Of a stretch of 62,000 bases of DNA, positions 39,079-49,190 are shown piece after piece. The position numbers and the translations under genes are program-made. The notes under the pieces are model-generated. The model did not search any database, had not been told where the DNA came from, and was given only the letters and a program-made list of their open reading frames with translations. Each line of letters begins with the position of its first letter. Position 1 is the stretch's first letter. Origin of the DNA: Hyalangium minutum (GTDB taxonomy: Bacteria > Myxococcota > Myxococcia > Myxococcales > Myxococcaceae); the NCBI RefSeq assembly GCF_000737315.1, contig NZ_JMCB01000004.1, positions 82,001 to 144,000 of the forward strand. Reading direction: 5' to 3'.

Positions 39079-39154
39079 GGGTGGCGGGATACCAGGGTGG
39101 ACGGTGGGAGGAGGGGGACTCCCGAGGGAGGAGGGCTCGGGCACGGACGTTGCT
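39060..39154 (+). promoter_or_regulatory. Sigma54 promoter P2 with tandem activator boxes (pal-like operon)
   Basis: TGGCAATCCGCCA (39060), TGGCGGGATACCA (39082), GGGCACG-GACG-TTGCT (39139-39154). Confidence 0.75.
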
Positions 39155-39166
39155 TCAACGAGGGGC

Positions 39167-39694
39167 ATGCGCTCATACCTTCTTCCCCTCGTCCTGCTCG
39201 CGATTGGCGCGAGCGCCTGTGCCACGAAGACCGCGGCGACCACCTCCACGGAGGGCGTCTCCTCGGTGGACACCTCGCCGCGTCCCGGCCCGGTGAAGCC
39301 CGCTCCGGCGCCCGCGCCGGTGGCCGAGCTGTCACCGCTGGACTTCGGCCCCATCTACTACGAGCTGGACTCGGCGACCCTGCGGGCGGACTCGCGGGAG
39401 ATGCTCGAGCGGGCCGCGGAGGCCCTGCGGAAGCGTCCCGAGGCGCGCGTGACGATCTCCGGGCACACCTGTGAGCTGGGCACCACCGAGTACAACCTGG
39501 CGCTGGGCCAGCGGCGGGCCGCCTCCGCTCGGGACTACATGGTGAAGCTCGGCGTGGAGCCGGCGCGCATCGGTCTCGTGTCCTATGGCGAGGAGCGTCC
39601 GGCCGAGCAGGGCACGGGCGAGAGTGTCTGGTCCAAGAACCGCCGCAGCGAGTTCACGGTCACTGTGGCCCACGCCCGGGCGGGTACGCCGTAG
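39167..39694 (+). CDS. pal: Peptidoglycan-associated (Pal/OmpA-C) lipoprotein
   Basis: Lipobox ASAC; IYYELDSATL, GHTCELGTTEYNLALGQRRA, SYGEERP, KNRR. Not within a tol operon. Confidence 0.9.
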   Translation: MRSYLLPLVLLAIGASACATKTAATTSTEGVSSVDTSPRPGPVKPAPAPAPVAELSPLDFGPIYYELDSATLRADSREMLERAAEALRKRPEARVTISGHTCELGTTEYNLALGQRRAASARDYMVKLGVEPARIGLVSYGEERPAEQGTGESVWSKNRRSEFTVTVAHARAGTP

Positions 39695-39696
39695 CC

Positions 39697-40074
39697 GTGG
39701 GGGCTCGACAGGCCGGTCAGGCGCTGCTGTTGGGCGCCGACGAGTCACTGGCCGCGCTCCTGGCGGATGTTCTCTCGGAGGTGGGCATCTCCCTGCACGT
39801 GGGGGAAGGGCCTCCCGCTCGTCCGGATCTCGTGCTCGTCCAGATCGAGCGCGGCGAGAGCCTCCTGAGCGCGCTGCAGGGCGCCCGGGATGGGACGTAC
39901 CCGGCACCGGTCTTCGTCCTGCTGCCGTTCGCGGACGATCGAATGATGCAGCGCGCGCTGCGGCTGGGCGCTCGGGGGTGCTTCGCGCTCGGGCAGCCGC
40001 TCGAAGTGCTGCGGCGGATGGTGCTCTCGGTGCTCCCCGCCGTGGGTCCGCTCGCGCCCAAGAGGATTCGATGA
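39697..40074 (+). CDS. Degenerate (pseudo-)receiver domain protein
   Basis: Receiver-like topology (PDLVLVQ, ALRLGARGCFALGQP); acidic pair, phospho-Asp and Lys are absent. Confidence 0.65.
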   Translation: MGARQAGQALLLGADESLAALLADVLSEVGISLHVGEGPPARPDLVLVQIERGESLLSALQGARDGTYPAPVFVLLPFADDRMMQRALRLGARGCFALGQPLEVLRRMVLSVLPAVGPLAPKRIR

Positions 40075-40535
40075 GTGATTCCGAGCAGGTGACAGGACCT
40101 CAGTTGGGGCAAGAGGAGACTCTCCTCTTCAACGAACAGGGCGTGCTCGTCACGAGCGAGCGCGTGGTCGCCTCCGGCCGCACGTGGCGAGTGGGCGAGC
40201 TGGTCGGGGTGGGCTCCATTCGCCGCAGTCCGCGCGTCCTCCCCTGGCTGGTGATCCTGGTGCTGGGCGCGATCGTGGGGTTGCCGGTGCTCAGCTCGCT
40301 CCTGGTCAGCCCCCACGCGCCGGGCAGCCTGAGCTACGACGTGGTGCTGGCGCTGGCGGGGACGGCCATCTTCGCCTCCATCGCTGCGCTCGTGGTGGTG
40401 GGAGACAGCTACTGGCTCGTGCTGCGCACGCGGCAGCGAGAAGGGCACGTTCTCCGCAGCCGGGACCCCCAGCTCATCTCGAAGCTGGTGACCGTGGTGG
40501 GCGAGGCCGCGGAGGCCGCGCGCCAGCGGCGCTGA
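40071..40535 (+). CDS. DUF6232-like two-TM membrane protein
   Basis: GVLVTSERVVASGRTW N-terminal strands, two TM helices, YWLVLRT; ATGA overlap. Confidence 0.65.
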   Translation: MSDSEQVTGPQLGQEETLLFNEQGVLVTSERVVASGRTWRVGELVGVGSIRRSPRVLPWLVILVLGAIVGLPVLSSLLVSPHAPGSLSYDVVLALAGTAIFASIAALVVVGDSYWLVLRTRQREGHVLRSRDPQLISKLVTVVGEAAEAARQRR

Positions 40536-40549
40536 GCAGGCAGAGCAGG

Positions 40550-40569
40550 CCGGGGCTGGGAGGCCCCGG
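40550..40569. terminator. GC hairpin between convergent genes
   Basis: CCGGGGC-TGGGAG-GCCCCGG. Confidence 0.45.
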
Positions 40570-40577
40570 GCGAGACG

Positions 40578-41426
40578 TCACGGAACGGTGATCTCCGCCG
40601 TGCCCACCTTGCGGCCGGCGGAGATGGAGATCAGGGCGCGCCCAGGCCCCACCGCCGTGGCCTTGCCGGAGCGGGAGATCCGGACGACGGAGGCATTCGA
40701 GGTGAACCAGTGGACGGGCACGCCTTCCACGGGCTTCCCCCGGCTGTCACGCACCTTGGTCTGGAGCTGAAGCTCCTGGCCTCGCTTCAAGGTAGACGTG
40801 CCCGGGTCGATGGACACCTGCGAGAGCGCGGGCATGACGAGGACGGACAGCTCCTGCCGCAAGTCTCCCAAGGTGGCCGTGAGCACGGCGGTGCCTGGGG
40901 CCACGCCGACGACCTTCCCGGCCTCGATGCGCGCGATGTGCTCGTCGCTGCTGCTCCACTCGGGAGTGCCATGGCGGATGCGCTTGCCCCGCTCATCCAG
41001 CACCGTGGCGGTGAGCCGCTCGGGGCGTCCCACCTCGATGAAGCTCCCATTCCCCGCCTGAAGCACCAGCTTGCCGGGAATGGACACCACGAAGCTCAGG
41101 CTGGCCCGGGCCTTCCCGCCGGAGACGTGGATGGTGGCGCGCCCGGTGCTCCGCGCGGTGACCACCCCGTTCTCCACCGTGGCGACCTCTGGCGCGGAGC
41201 TGGACCAGCTCAGCCGGGGCTCCGCCAGCCGTCGTCCCTGGGCATCGTGCGCCATGGACTCCAGCCTGATGGCTTGGCCTCGCTCCCCCAGCAGGCGAAC
41301 CTCCGGCTCCACGAGCGTCAGCTGCTCGGGAACCGGATCGCACCCGATGAGCAGGGCGCTCGAGAGGAAGCACAGCAGGGGGCGGCGGAGCAGCGGGGGC
41401 ACGATCATTCCGAGGCGCATGGGCAT
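40578..41426 (-). CDS. Lipoprotein with three bacterial Ig-like (Big_2) domains
   Basis: Lipobox LIGC; WSSSAPEVATVENGVVTA, WSSSDEHIARI, WFTSNASVVRISRSGKATAVGPGRALI. Confidence 0.88.
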   Translation of the reverse strand: MPMRLGMIVPPLLRRPLLCFLSSALLIGCDPVPEQLTLVEPEVRLLGERGQAIRLESMAHDAQGRRLAEPRLSWSSSAPEVATVENGVVTARSTGRATIHVSGGKARASLSFVVSIPGKLVLQAGNGSFIEVGRPERLTATVLDERGKRIRHGTPEWSSSDEHIARIEAGKVVGVAPGTAVLTATLGDLRQELSVLVMPALSQVSIDPGTSTLKRGQELQLQTKVRDSRGKPVEGVPVHWFTSNASVVRISRSGKATAVGPGRALISISAGRKVGTAEITVP

Positions 41427-41440
41427 GCGGCGGCAGGGGG

Positions 41441-41722
41441 CTACTTGCGGCCCGTCTTCTTGGGGGGCGGGGGGGCAGGCCTCTCCGCGGCGAGCTTCAG
41501 CTCATCACGCTCCCGCGACACCTCCGTGAGGGTGTCTTCCAAATCCGCGACCTTGGCCTTCAAGGTCTTGTTCTCCGCGCGCAACACGCGCGACTCCGCG
41601 CGCAGCGAGTCGGTCTCCGAGCGCAGTGAGGTCGCCTCCGCGCGCACCTGCCTCAGCTCCTTGGAGGGACCACATGCCGAGAGCAGCCCTCCGGCTAGCA
41701 CTGCCATCACCCAGGTCTTCAT
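41441..41722 (-). CDS. Small coiled-coil lipoprotein B (Lpp-like architecture)
   Basis: GAGGAG SD, ATG 41722; lipobox LLSAC-GPSKEL; 7-residue L periodicity; Pro tail ending KKTGRK. Confidence 0.85.
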   Translation of the reverse strand: MKTWVMAVLAGGLLSACGPSKELRQVRAEATSLRSETDSLRAESRVLRAENKTLKAKVADLEDTLTEVSRERDELKLAAERPAPPPPKKTGRK

Positions 41723-41790
41723 CAACGCCAAGCTCCTCGAGGGCTCGCGCCAGCGGCCTTCCGCTGGAGGCGGCCCACCCGCGAGTGCAG

Positions 41791-41884
41791 AGCAAGCCGT
41801 GTGCCCACAGCCCAGCTGCTCTGAGTCGCCCGGCTCTGGGCGCGGAACCGTGGCAAGACGCCAGACCTCCCTGGCGTGTTGCCA
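41791..41884 (-). promoter_or_regulatory. Sigma54 promoter P3 with tandem activator boxes (lipoprotein B + Ig lipoprotein)
   Basis: Minus strand TGGCAACACGCCA (41884), TGGCGTCTTGCCA (41863), GGGCACA-CGGC-TTGCT (41806-41791). Confidence 0.82.
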
Positions 41885-41912
41885 TGCCTCTGTGGCACGC
41901 CCGGGGCCTGCG

Positions 41913-42188
41913 CTACTTCTTGGCCGTGGTGCCTGGCTTCTTCGGGGCCGCCGGAGCGGGAGCCGGTGTGGCCGCTGGGGCGGGCTTCGCCGCGGCGAGC
42001 TTCAGCTGGTCGCGCTCCTGGCGCACCTTCTGGAAATTCCCCTCCAGCTCGGCGAGCTGGGTCTTCAGCTTCGTGTTCTCCTGGCGGAGGGCATCCGCGT
42101 CTCCCTTGGCCCGCTCCAGCTCTTTGGAAGGTCCGCACGCCACCAGGGGAGCGAGCGCCAGCACCAGGGCTGCCATCCACGCCTTCAT
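41913..42188 (-). CDS. Small coiled-coil lipoprotein A (paralog of B)
   Basis: AGGAGG SD; lipobox LVAC-GPSKEL; heptads; Pro/Ala tail ending GTTAKK. Confidence 0.85.
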   Translation of the reverse strand: MKAWMAALVLALAPLVACGPSKELERAKGDADALRQENTKLKTQLAELEGNFQKVRQERDQLKLAAAKPAPAATPAPAPAAPKKPGTTAKK

Positions 42189-42258
42189 TCGTCTTCAACC
42201 TCCTGACAGGTCCGAGCCGGAGTCCGTCTCCGGGCTTGGCCTGAGCGGGAGGAGCCAA

Positions 42259-42353
42259 AGCAAGACGCGTTCCTCCCGTGCGTCCCGAGGGGCGCCCTGC
42301 GTGAGCTCAAGAAAACCGTGGCAGGAAGCCATGGCCACCCAGGTGTGTTGCCA
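42259..42353 (-). promoter_or_regulatory. Sigma54 promoter P4 with tandem activator boxes (lipoprotein A)
   Basis: Minus strand TGGCAACACACCT (42353), TGGCTTCCTGCCA (42331), AGGAACG-CGTC-TTGCT (42274-42259). Confidence 0.78.
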
Positions 42354-42430
42354 TGGCTGGATGCTCCCTTTTTCCGTTGTGTCGAGGGGGGCACCGCCCC
42401 ATCCTGAGGAAGGCTGTCATCAACGTTCCC

Positions 42431-45343
42431 ATGACTTCCTCCCCCTCCGAGCAGGAACAGGCCCTCCTGGGCGAGATCGCTCGCCTTCGCGCACTGGAGG
42501 ACGCCCTTCGCGTGGCCAACGAGCGCATCCAGCTGGCGCTGAACGCTGGAGCGGTGATTGGCACCTGGGTGTGGGACGTCCGAAGGGACCACTTCACGGC
42601 CGATGAGCGCTTTGCCCGGTCCTTCTCAATCAATCCGGAACTGGCGGCGCAAGGCCTTCCGTTGAGCGTGGTCATCACCTCCATCCACCCGGAGGACCGT
42701 CCTCGAATCGAAGCCCTGGTCGCCCGGACGGCGGAGATGGGGGGGCCCTATCGCGCCGAGTACCGGACACGCCAGCTCGATGGCTCCTACCTCTGGGTGG
42801 AGGCCAATGGCCACTGCGAGCACGGACCCGACGGCAAGCCGGACCGTTTCCCGGGGGTGCTGATCAACATCGACGAGCGGAAGAAGGCGGAGCTGCGCCA
42901 GGCCGCCCTCGTCGAGGTGGGCGACAAGCTTCGAGAGCTGGGCGACGCCGGCGAGGTGGCCCACGCCGCCATGGAGGTGGTCGGGCGGGTCATCGGCGTC
43001 ATCCGCGCCGGCTATGGCCGGGTCGACCCGGCCCTGCGAAAGGTGGAGATCGAGCAAGACTGGGTCAGTGCTCCCGGCGCGCTCAGCGTCCGGGGCGTGC
43101 ACGAGTTCACCCGGTACGGCACCTACATCGAGAACCTCGAGCGGGGCGAGGTGGTCAGCATCCGGGACATCGAGGTGGATTCCCGGACCATGGTGGGCGT
43201 GGAGAACCTGCGGCGGTTTGGCATCCGCGCGATGGTCAACGTGCCGTTGCTGGAGCAGGGGCGCCTGGTCGCGGTCCTGTTCCTTCATGACCGGGTGGTG
43301 CGCGACTGGTCTCCGGACGAGATCGAGTTCATGCGCAACGTGGCCGACCGCATCTGGGCAGCCAGCGAGCGCATCAAGGCCGTGGCGGAGCTGCGGCGGG
43401 CCAAAGAGACGCTCGAGCAGCGTGTCGCTCAGCGCACCCGCGAGCGCGATCGCCTCTGGAACGTCTCGCAGGATCTGCTGCTGGTGGCGGACTTCGAGGG
43501 CCGCTTCCTCAGCGTGAACCCCGCGTGGACCTTGGTGCTGGGCTGGACGGAAGCGGAGCTGTTGGGGAAGACCTCCCGCTGGCTGGAGCACCCGGAGGAC
43601 GGAGGAAAGACGCAGGCCGAGGTGGCGAGCCTGGCGGCGGGCTTCGCGACGCTGCGGTTCGAGAACACGTTCCGGCACAAGAACGGCACGTACCGCACCT
43701 TGTCCTGGACGGCGGTGCCGGTGCCGGAGGAGGGCGTGCTCTACGCCGTGGCGCGCGACATCACCGAGCAGCGCCAGACCGAGGATCAGCTGCGCCAGGC
43801 CCAGAAAATGGAGGCCATTGGCCAGCTGACGGGCGGCGTGGCGCACGACTTCAACAACCTGCTCCAGGTCGTCAGCGGCAACCTCCAGCTGCTCCAGCGG
43901 GACGTGGGCGGCAACCCGAACGCCCTGCGCCGCCTGCAGACGGCCGTCAGCGCCGTGGAGCGAGGCGCCAAGCTCGCGTCCCAGCTGCTCGCGTTCTCCC
44001 GCCGCCAGCCGCTCGAGCCACTGGTGCTCAACCTGGGCCGGCTGGTGCGCGGCATGGACGACATGCTGCGCCGCTCCCTGGGCGAGAACGTGGAGGTGGA
44101 GACGCTGGTCTCACCAGGGCTGTGGAACACCTCGGTGGATCCCAACCAGCTCGAGAACGTCATCCTCAACCTGGCCATCAACGCCCGGGATGCGATGGCG
44201 GGCACGGGCACGCTGACCATCGAAGTCAGCAACACCACGCTGGACGAGCGCTATGCCCAGCGTCACCCGGAGGTGGTGCCGGGGCCCTACGTGCTGCTGT
44301 CCGTCTCCGACACGGGCAGCGGCATGACTCCCGAGGTGCTCGAGCGGGCCTTCGAGCCCTTCTTCACCACCAAGCCCGAGGGCCGCGGCACCGGGCTGGG
44401 CCTGAGCATGGTGTATGGCTTCGTCCGGCAGAGCGGCGGCCACGTGACGATCCAGAGCGAGGTGGGGCGCGGCACGACGATTCAGATCTACCTGCCGCGC
44501 TCGTTCCAGGATGAGTCGGCGCCCGTGGAAGGCCTCACGGGCCCTGTCGAGGGCGGCACCGAGACGATCCTGGTGGTGGAGGATGACGCGCAGGTGCGGG
44601 CCACGGTGGTGGAGCTGCTGAGCGAGCTGGGCTACCAGGTGCTCAAGGCCGTGGATGGGCAGAGCGCGCTGGCGATCATCCAAAGCGGGGTGCCGGTGGA
44701 CCTGCTGTTCACGGATGTGGTGATGCCGGGGCCGGTGCGCAGCACGGAGCTGGCGCGGCTGGCCAAGGAGCTGGTGCCGCACATCGAGGTGCTCTTCACC
44801 TCGGGCTATGCGGAGGACGCCATCGTCCACGGGGGGCGGCTCGATCCCGGACTCCACCTGCTGAGCAAGCCCCACCGCCACGAGGACCTGGCGCGCAAGG
44901 TGCGGCAGCTGCTCAACCACCGGCAGCAGCGGCAGGCCCCCGAGTCCCCAGGTGCGAGGAAGACGCCCGTGCCCATTCCCTCTCTGCGGCTGCGCGTGCT
45001 GCTGGTGGAGGATGACGAGGAGATCCGCACGTCCACCCAGGAACTCCTGGACTTGCTCGGGCACGAGGTGGTGGCGGTGTCGAGCGCGGAGGCGGCGCGG
45101 GGCGCCTTGGCGGCGGGCGCCTTCGAGGTGCTCTTCACGGACGTGTCACTGCCGGGAGGCTCGGGCGCGGACCTGGCGCGTGAGGTGATGAAGCGCCATC
45201 CCGGGATGCGGGTCATCATCGCCTCGGGGGATGGGAGCGAGGCGATGAACGGGGAGCGCCCGGGCGTGGCCGTGCTGCTGCCCAAGCCCTACGCGCTGGC
45301 TCAGATTCAAGAGGCGCTCGCGCGAGTGGTGGCCTCTCGCTGA
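42431..45343 (+). CDS. Cytoplasmic hybrid histidine kinase (PAS-GAF-PAS-HisKA-HATPase-2x receiver)
   Basis: GTWVWD/IHPED PAS; GAF; AHDFNNLL; NLAINARDAM; GTGLGL; two LLFTDV receivers. ATG 42431. Confidence 0.95.
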   Translation: MTSSPSEQEQALLGEIARLRALEDALRVANERIQLALNAGAVIGTWVWDVRRDHFTADERFARSFSINPELAAQGLPLSVVITSIHPEDRPRIEALVARTAEMGGPYRAEYRTRQLDGSYLWVEANGHCEHGPDGKPDRFPGVLINIDERKKAELRQAALVEVGDKLRELGDAGEVAHAAMEVVGRVIGVIRAGYGRVDPALRKVEIEQDWVSAPGALSVRGVHEFTRYGTYIENLERGEVVSIRDIEVDSRTMVGVENLRRFGIRAMVNVPLLEQGRLVAVLFLHDRVVRDWSPDEIEFMRNVADRIWAASERIKAVAELRRAKETLEQRVAQRTRERDRLWNVSQDLLLVADFEGRFLSVNPAWTLVLGWTEAELLGKTSRWLEHPEDGGKTQAEVASLAAGFATLRFENTFRHKNGTYRTLSWTAVPVPEEGVLYAVARDITEQRQTEDQLRQAQKMEAIGQLTGGVAHDFNNLLQVVSGNLQLLQRDVGGNPNALRRLQTAVSAVERGAKLASQLLAFSRRQPLEPLVLNLGRLVRGMDDMLRRSLGENVEVETLVSPGLWNTSVDPNQLENVILNLAINARDAMAGTGTLTIEVSNTTLDERYAQRHPEVVPGPYVLLSVSDTGSGMTPEVLERAFEPFFTTKPEGRGTGLGLSMVYGFVRQSGGHVTIQSEVGRGTTIQIYLPRSFQDESAPVEGLTGPVEGGTETILVVEDDAQVRATVVELLSELGYQVLKAVDGQSALAIIQSGVPVDLLFTDVVMPGPVRSTELARLAKELVPHIEVLFTSGYAEDAIVHGGRLDPGLHLLSKPHRHEDLARKVRQLLNHRQQRQAPESPGARKTPVPIPSLRLRVLLVEDDEEIRTSTQELLDLLGHEVVAVSSAEAARGALAAGAFEVLFTDVSLPGGSGADLAREVMKRHPGMRVIIASGDGSEAMNGERPGVAVLLPKPYALAQIQEALARVVASR

Positions 45344-45352
45344 GCCGTGGCG

Positions 45353-46936
<1,584 letters not shown>

Positions 46937-47063
46937 GGAAGAGCTTTAATCGTGTCCAGGAAAGCCGGGGAGTGAGGGATCTCCCGCTGGGGCCGAATGC
47001 GTCCACCAGCGCACGGTGCCGTGAGCGCTCGGTTCACTCCTGGACGTCTGCGTCACTTCTCGT

Positions 47064-47630
47064 TTAGAGCACCCGGCCGCGCAGCTCGGGGCTGGGGCGC
47101 TGGATGATCTCTGTGGTGAGCAGCAGGTGGGGTTCCACTGCCGCCGCCGCTCCTTCGAGCGCCGCCTCCACCATATGGAGCTCTCCGGCCAGGACGAAGA
47201 CGCCCTTGCCGCCGATGCCCCGCGCCAGCTGCAGCCGCTCCAGCACCACCTCGGCGCGCTTGAGCGCCGTGTCCGCGCACAGCAGCGCCGCGGCCACCGT
47301 GTGCGTCTCGACGATGCCCACGCTCTCTCCGAACGTGCCCGGGAAGCGGCCCTGGAGCCCGGCCACGAGCCCGTCCGCGGCCATGGGCAGCAGCAGCTTG
47401 TCCAGCAGCGTGCGGCCGGCCACCTCGAGCCCCTCCTGGAAGGACTCCTGCACCTCGGCCACGCCGCCGGAGAACAGCAGCAGGTACTTGCCCGGCGTCA
47501 CCGCCTCCGCCATTGCCAGTGTCACCGGTGCGCGCTTCACCACCGCGTCGGCCACGACGTAGCCGCGCGCGATGGAGTCCAGCTCCAGGAGCGCCAGCGC
47601 AGGGCCGGGAAGTGGCAGGGGATCAGACAA
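47064..47630 (-). CDS. BMC-T tandem-domain shell protein (PduT/HO BMC-T1-like)
   Basis: ALLELDSIARG...ADAVVKRA...PGKYL; second domain GIVET...ADTALK...GIGGKG. TTG start overlaps the AldDH stop. Confidence 0.92.
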   Translation of the reverse strand: MSDPLPLPGPALALLELDSIARGYVVADAVVKRAPVTLAMAEAVTPGKYLLLFSGGVAEVQESFQEGLEVAGRTLLDKLLLPMAADGLVAGLQGRFPGTFGESVGIVETHTVAAALLCADTALKRAEVVLERLQLARGIGGKGVFVLAGELHMVEAALEGAAAAVEPHLLLTTEIIQRPSPELRGRVL

Positions 47631-49149
47631 TGCGGAACGAGTCCTTGAGGGTGCAGCGCCGCTCGCGGGTGAAGCTCAGCGCGGTGGTGAGCCCCTCGCC
47701 CGTGGGGGAGGCGATGGTGAAGGAGGTGTAGCCCTCGCCCGTCATTCCCAGCCCGGCGAACGAGGGCCCGTTCTTCACGAAGATGGAAGTGTTGATGAGG
47801 CGCGCCATCGTGCTGAGGTGGTCCACGTTCGTGGAGTGCATGGTGGCCGTGTGCCCGAAGCCGTGCTCGGCCTGGACAGCGGCGGTGATGCAGTCCTCCA
47901 CGTTGCGCAGCCGCGTGAAGCCCATCACTGGCAGCAGCAGCTCCGCCTGGATGAACGGGTGGGTGGCGTCCACCTCGGCGAACAGCAGCCGCGTGCCCTG
48001 GGGCACCCGGATGCCCGCCGCGTCCGCGATCTTCTCCGCGTCCTTGCCCACCCAGTCCTTCACCGGGTGGCCGTCGTGGACTACCAGCTTCTCCAGCCGG
48101 TGGATGGCCGCGCCCGTCACCTCGTAGGCGCCGTAGCGCTCCATCTGCGCCTTGAGCTCGTCGGCGATGGAGGCCACCGCGAAGACTTCCTTCTCCACGA
48201 TGCAGACGATGTTGTTGTCCAGCGAGGCCCCGTCGACGATGTCCTTGGCCGCGCGGGCAATGTGAGCCGTCTCGTCCACCACGGCGGGCGGGTTGCCCGG
48301 GCCGGCGGCAATGGCCCGCTTGCCCGAGTTCATCGCCGCGCGCACCACCGCGGGCCCGCCCGTCACCACCAGCAGGCGCACGTTCTTGTGCTTCATCAGC
48401 GCCTGGGCCGAGTCGATCGTCGGCTCGGCCAGCGCGCACAGCAGGTTCTCCGGCCCGCCCGCGGAGACGATGGCCTCGTTGAGCAGCTGGATGTGGTACG
48501 CGCTCACCCGCTTGGCGCTCGGGTGCACGTTGAACACCACCGCGTTGCCCCCGGCGACCATGCCGATGCCGTTGTTGATGATCGTCTCGGTGGGGTTGGT
48601 GGTGGGGGTGATGGAGCCGATGACGCCGTAGGGCGCGCGCTCCAGCAGCGCCAGCCCGTGATCCCCGGTGAAGGCCACGGGCTTGAGGATCTCCGTGCCC
48701 GGCGTCTTGTTGGCGCACAGGAGGTTCTTCTTGATCTTGTCCTCCACGCGCCCCAGCCCCGTCTCTTTCACCGCCATCTCGGACAGCTCGCGGGCGGCGC
48801 GGCGGGTGGTCTCACGCATGGCCTCGATGGCGCGGTCCTTCACCTCGAGGGACAGCTCGCCCCACTCCTCGAAGGCAGCGCGGGCGGCGGTGGTGGCGGC
48901 GTCGAGGTCATCGAAGATGCCCTTGCGGCCCTTGTGGAAGGCGGGCGCGCGCGAGGGCACGGGAGGACGGGCCTCGGGGGTGAGGGGAGCGGTGCCATAG
49001 CGGCGCTCGCTGCCTCGCCGGTCATCCGCGTGGCCCTGAGGGGGCTGGGCGGGGGCGGGGACCGGCTGGGGGAGATCCGACAGCTCCTTGGAGAGCTTGC
49101 GGACCACCTGATCGACAATCGCGTCGATCTGCTTCGCGTCAAAGCTCAT
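47623..49149 (-). CDS. Acylating aldehyde dehydrogenase (EutE/PduP family) with N-terminal encapsulation peptide
   Basis: MSFDAKQIDAIVDQVVRKLSKEL helix + Pro linker; PTTNPTET, AGPGNPP, DNNIVCIVEKE, FTIASPTGEG. Confidence 0.95.
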   Translation of the reverse strand: MSFDAKQIDAIVDQVVRKLSKELSDLPQPVPAPAQPPQGHADDRRGSERRYGTAPLTPEARPPVPSRAPAFHKGRKGIFDDLDAATTAARAAFEEWGELSLEVKDRAIEAMRETTRRAARELSEMAVKETGLGRVEDKIKKNLLCANKTPGTEILKPVAFTGDHGLALLERAPYGVIGSITPTTNPTETIINNGIGMVAGGNAVVFNVHPSAKRVSAYHIQLLNEAIVSAGGPENLLCALAEPTIDSAQALMKHKNVRLLVVTGGPAVVRAAMNSGKRAIAAGPGNPPAVVDETAHIARAAKDIVDGASLDNNIVCIVEKEVFAVASIADELKAQMERYGAYEVTGAAIHRLEKLVVHDGHPVKDWVGKDAEKIADAAGIRVPQGTRLLFAEVDATHPFIQAELLLPVMGFTRLRNVEDCITAAVQAEHGFGHTATMHSTNVDHLSTMARLINTSIFVKNGPSFAGLGMTGEGYTSFTIASPTGEGLTTALSFTRERRCTLKDSFRIV

Positions 49150-49190
49150 CGGCGAGGCTCCTGGCGGGGCAGGGCGCCCGCCGCTTCACT

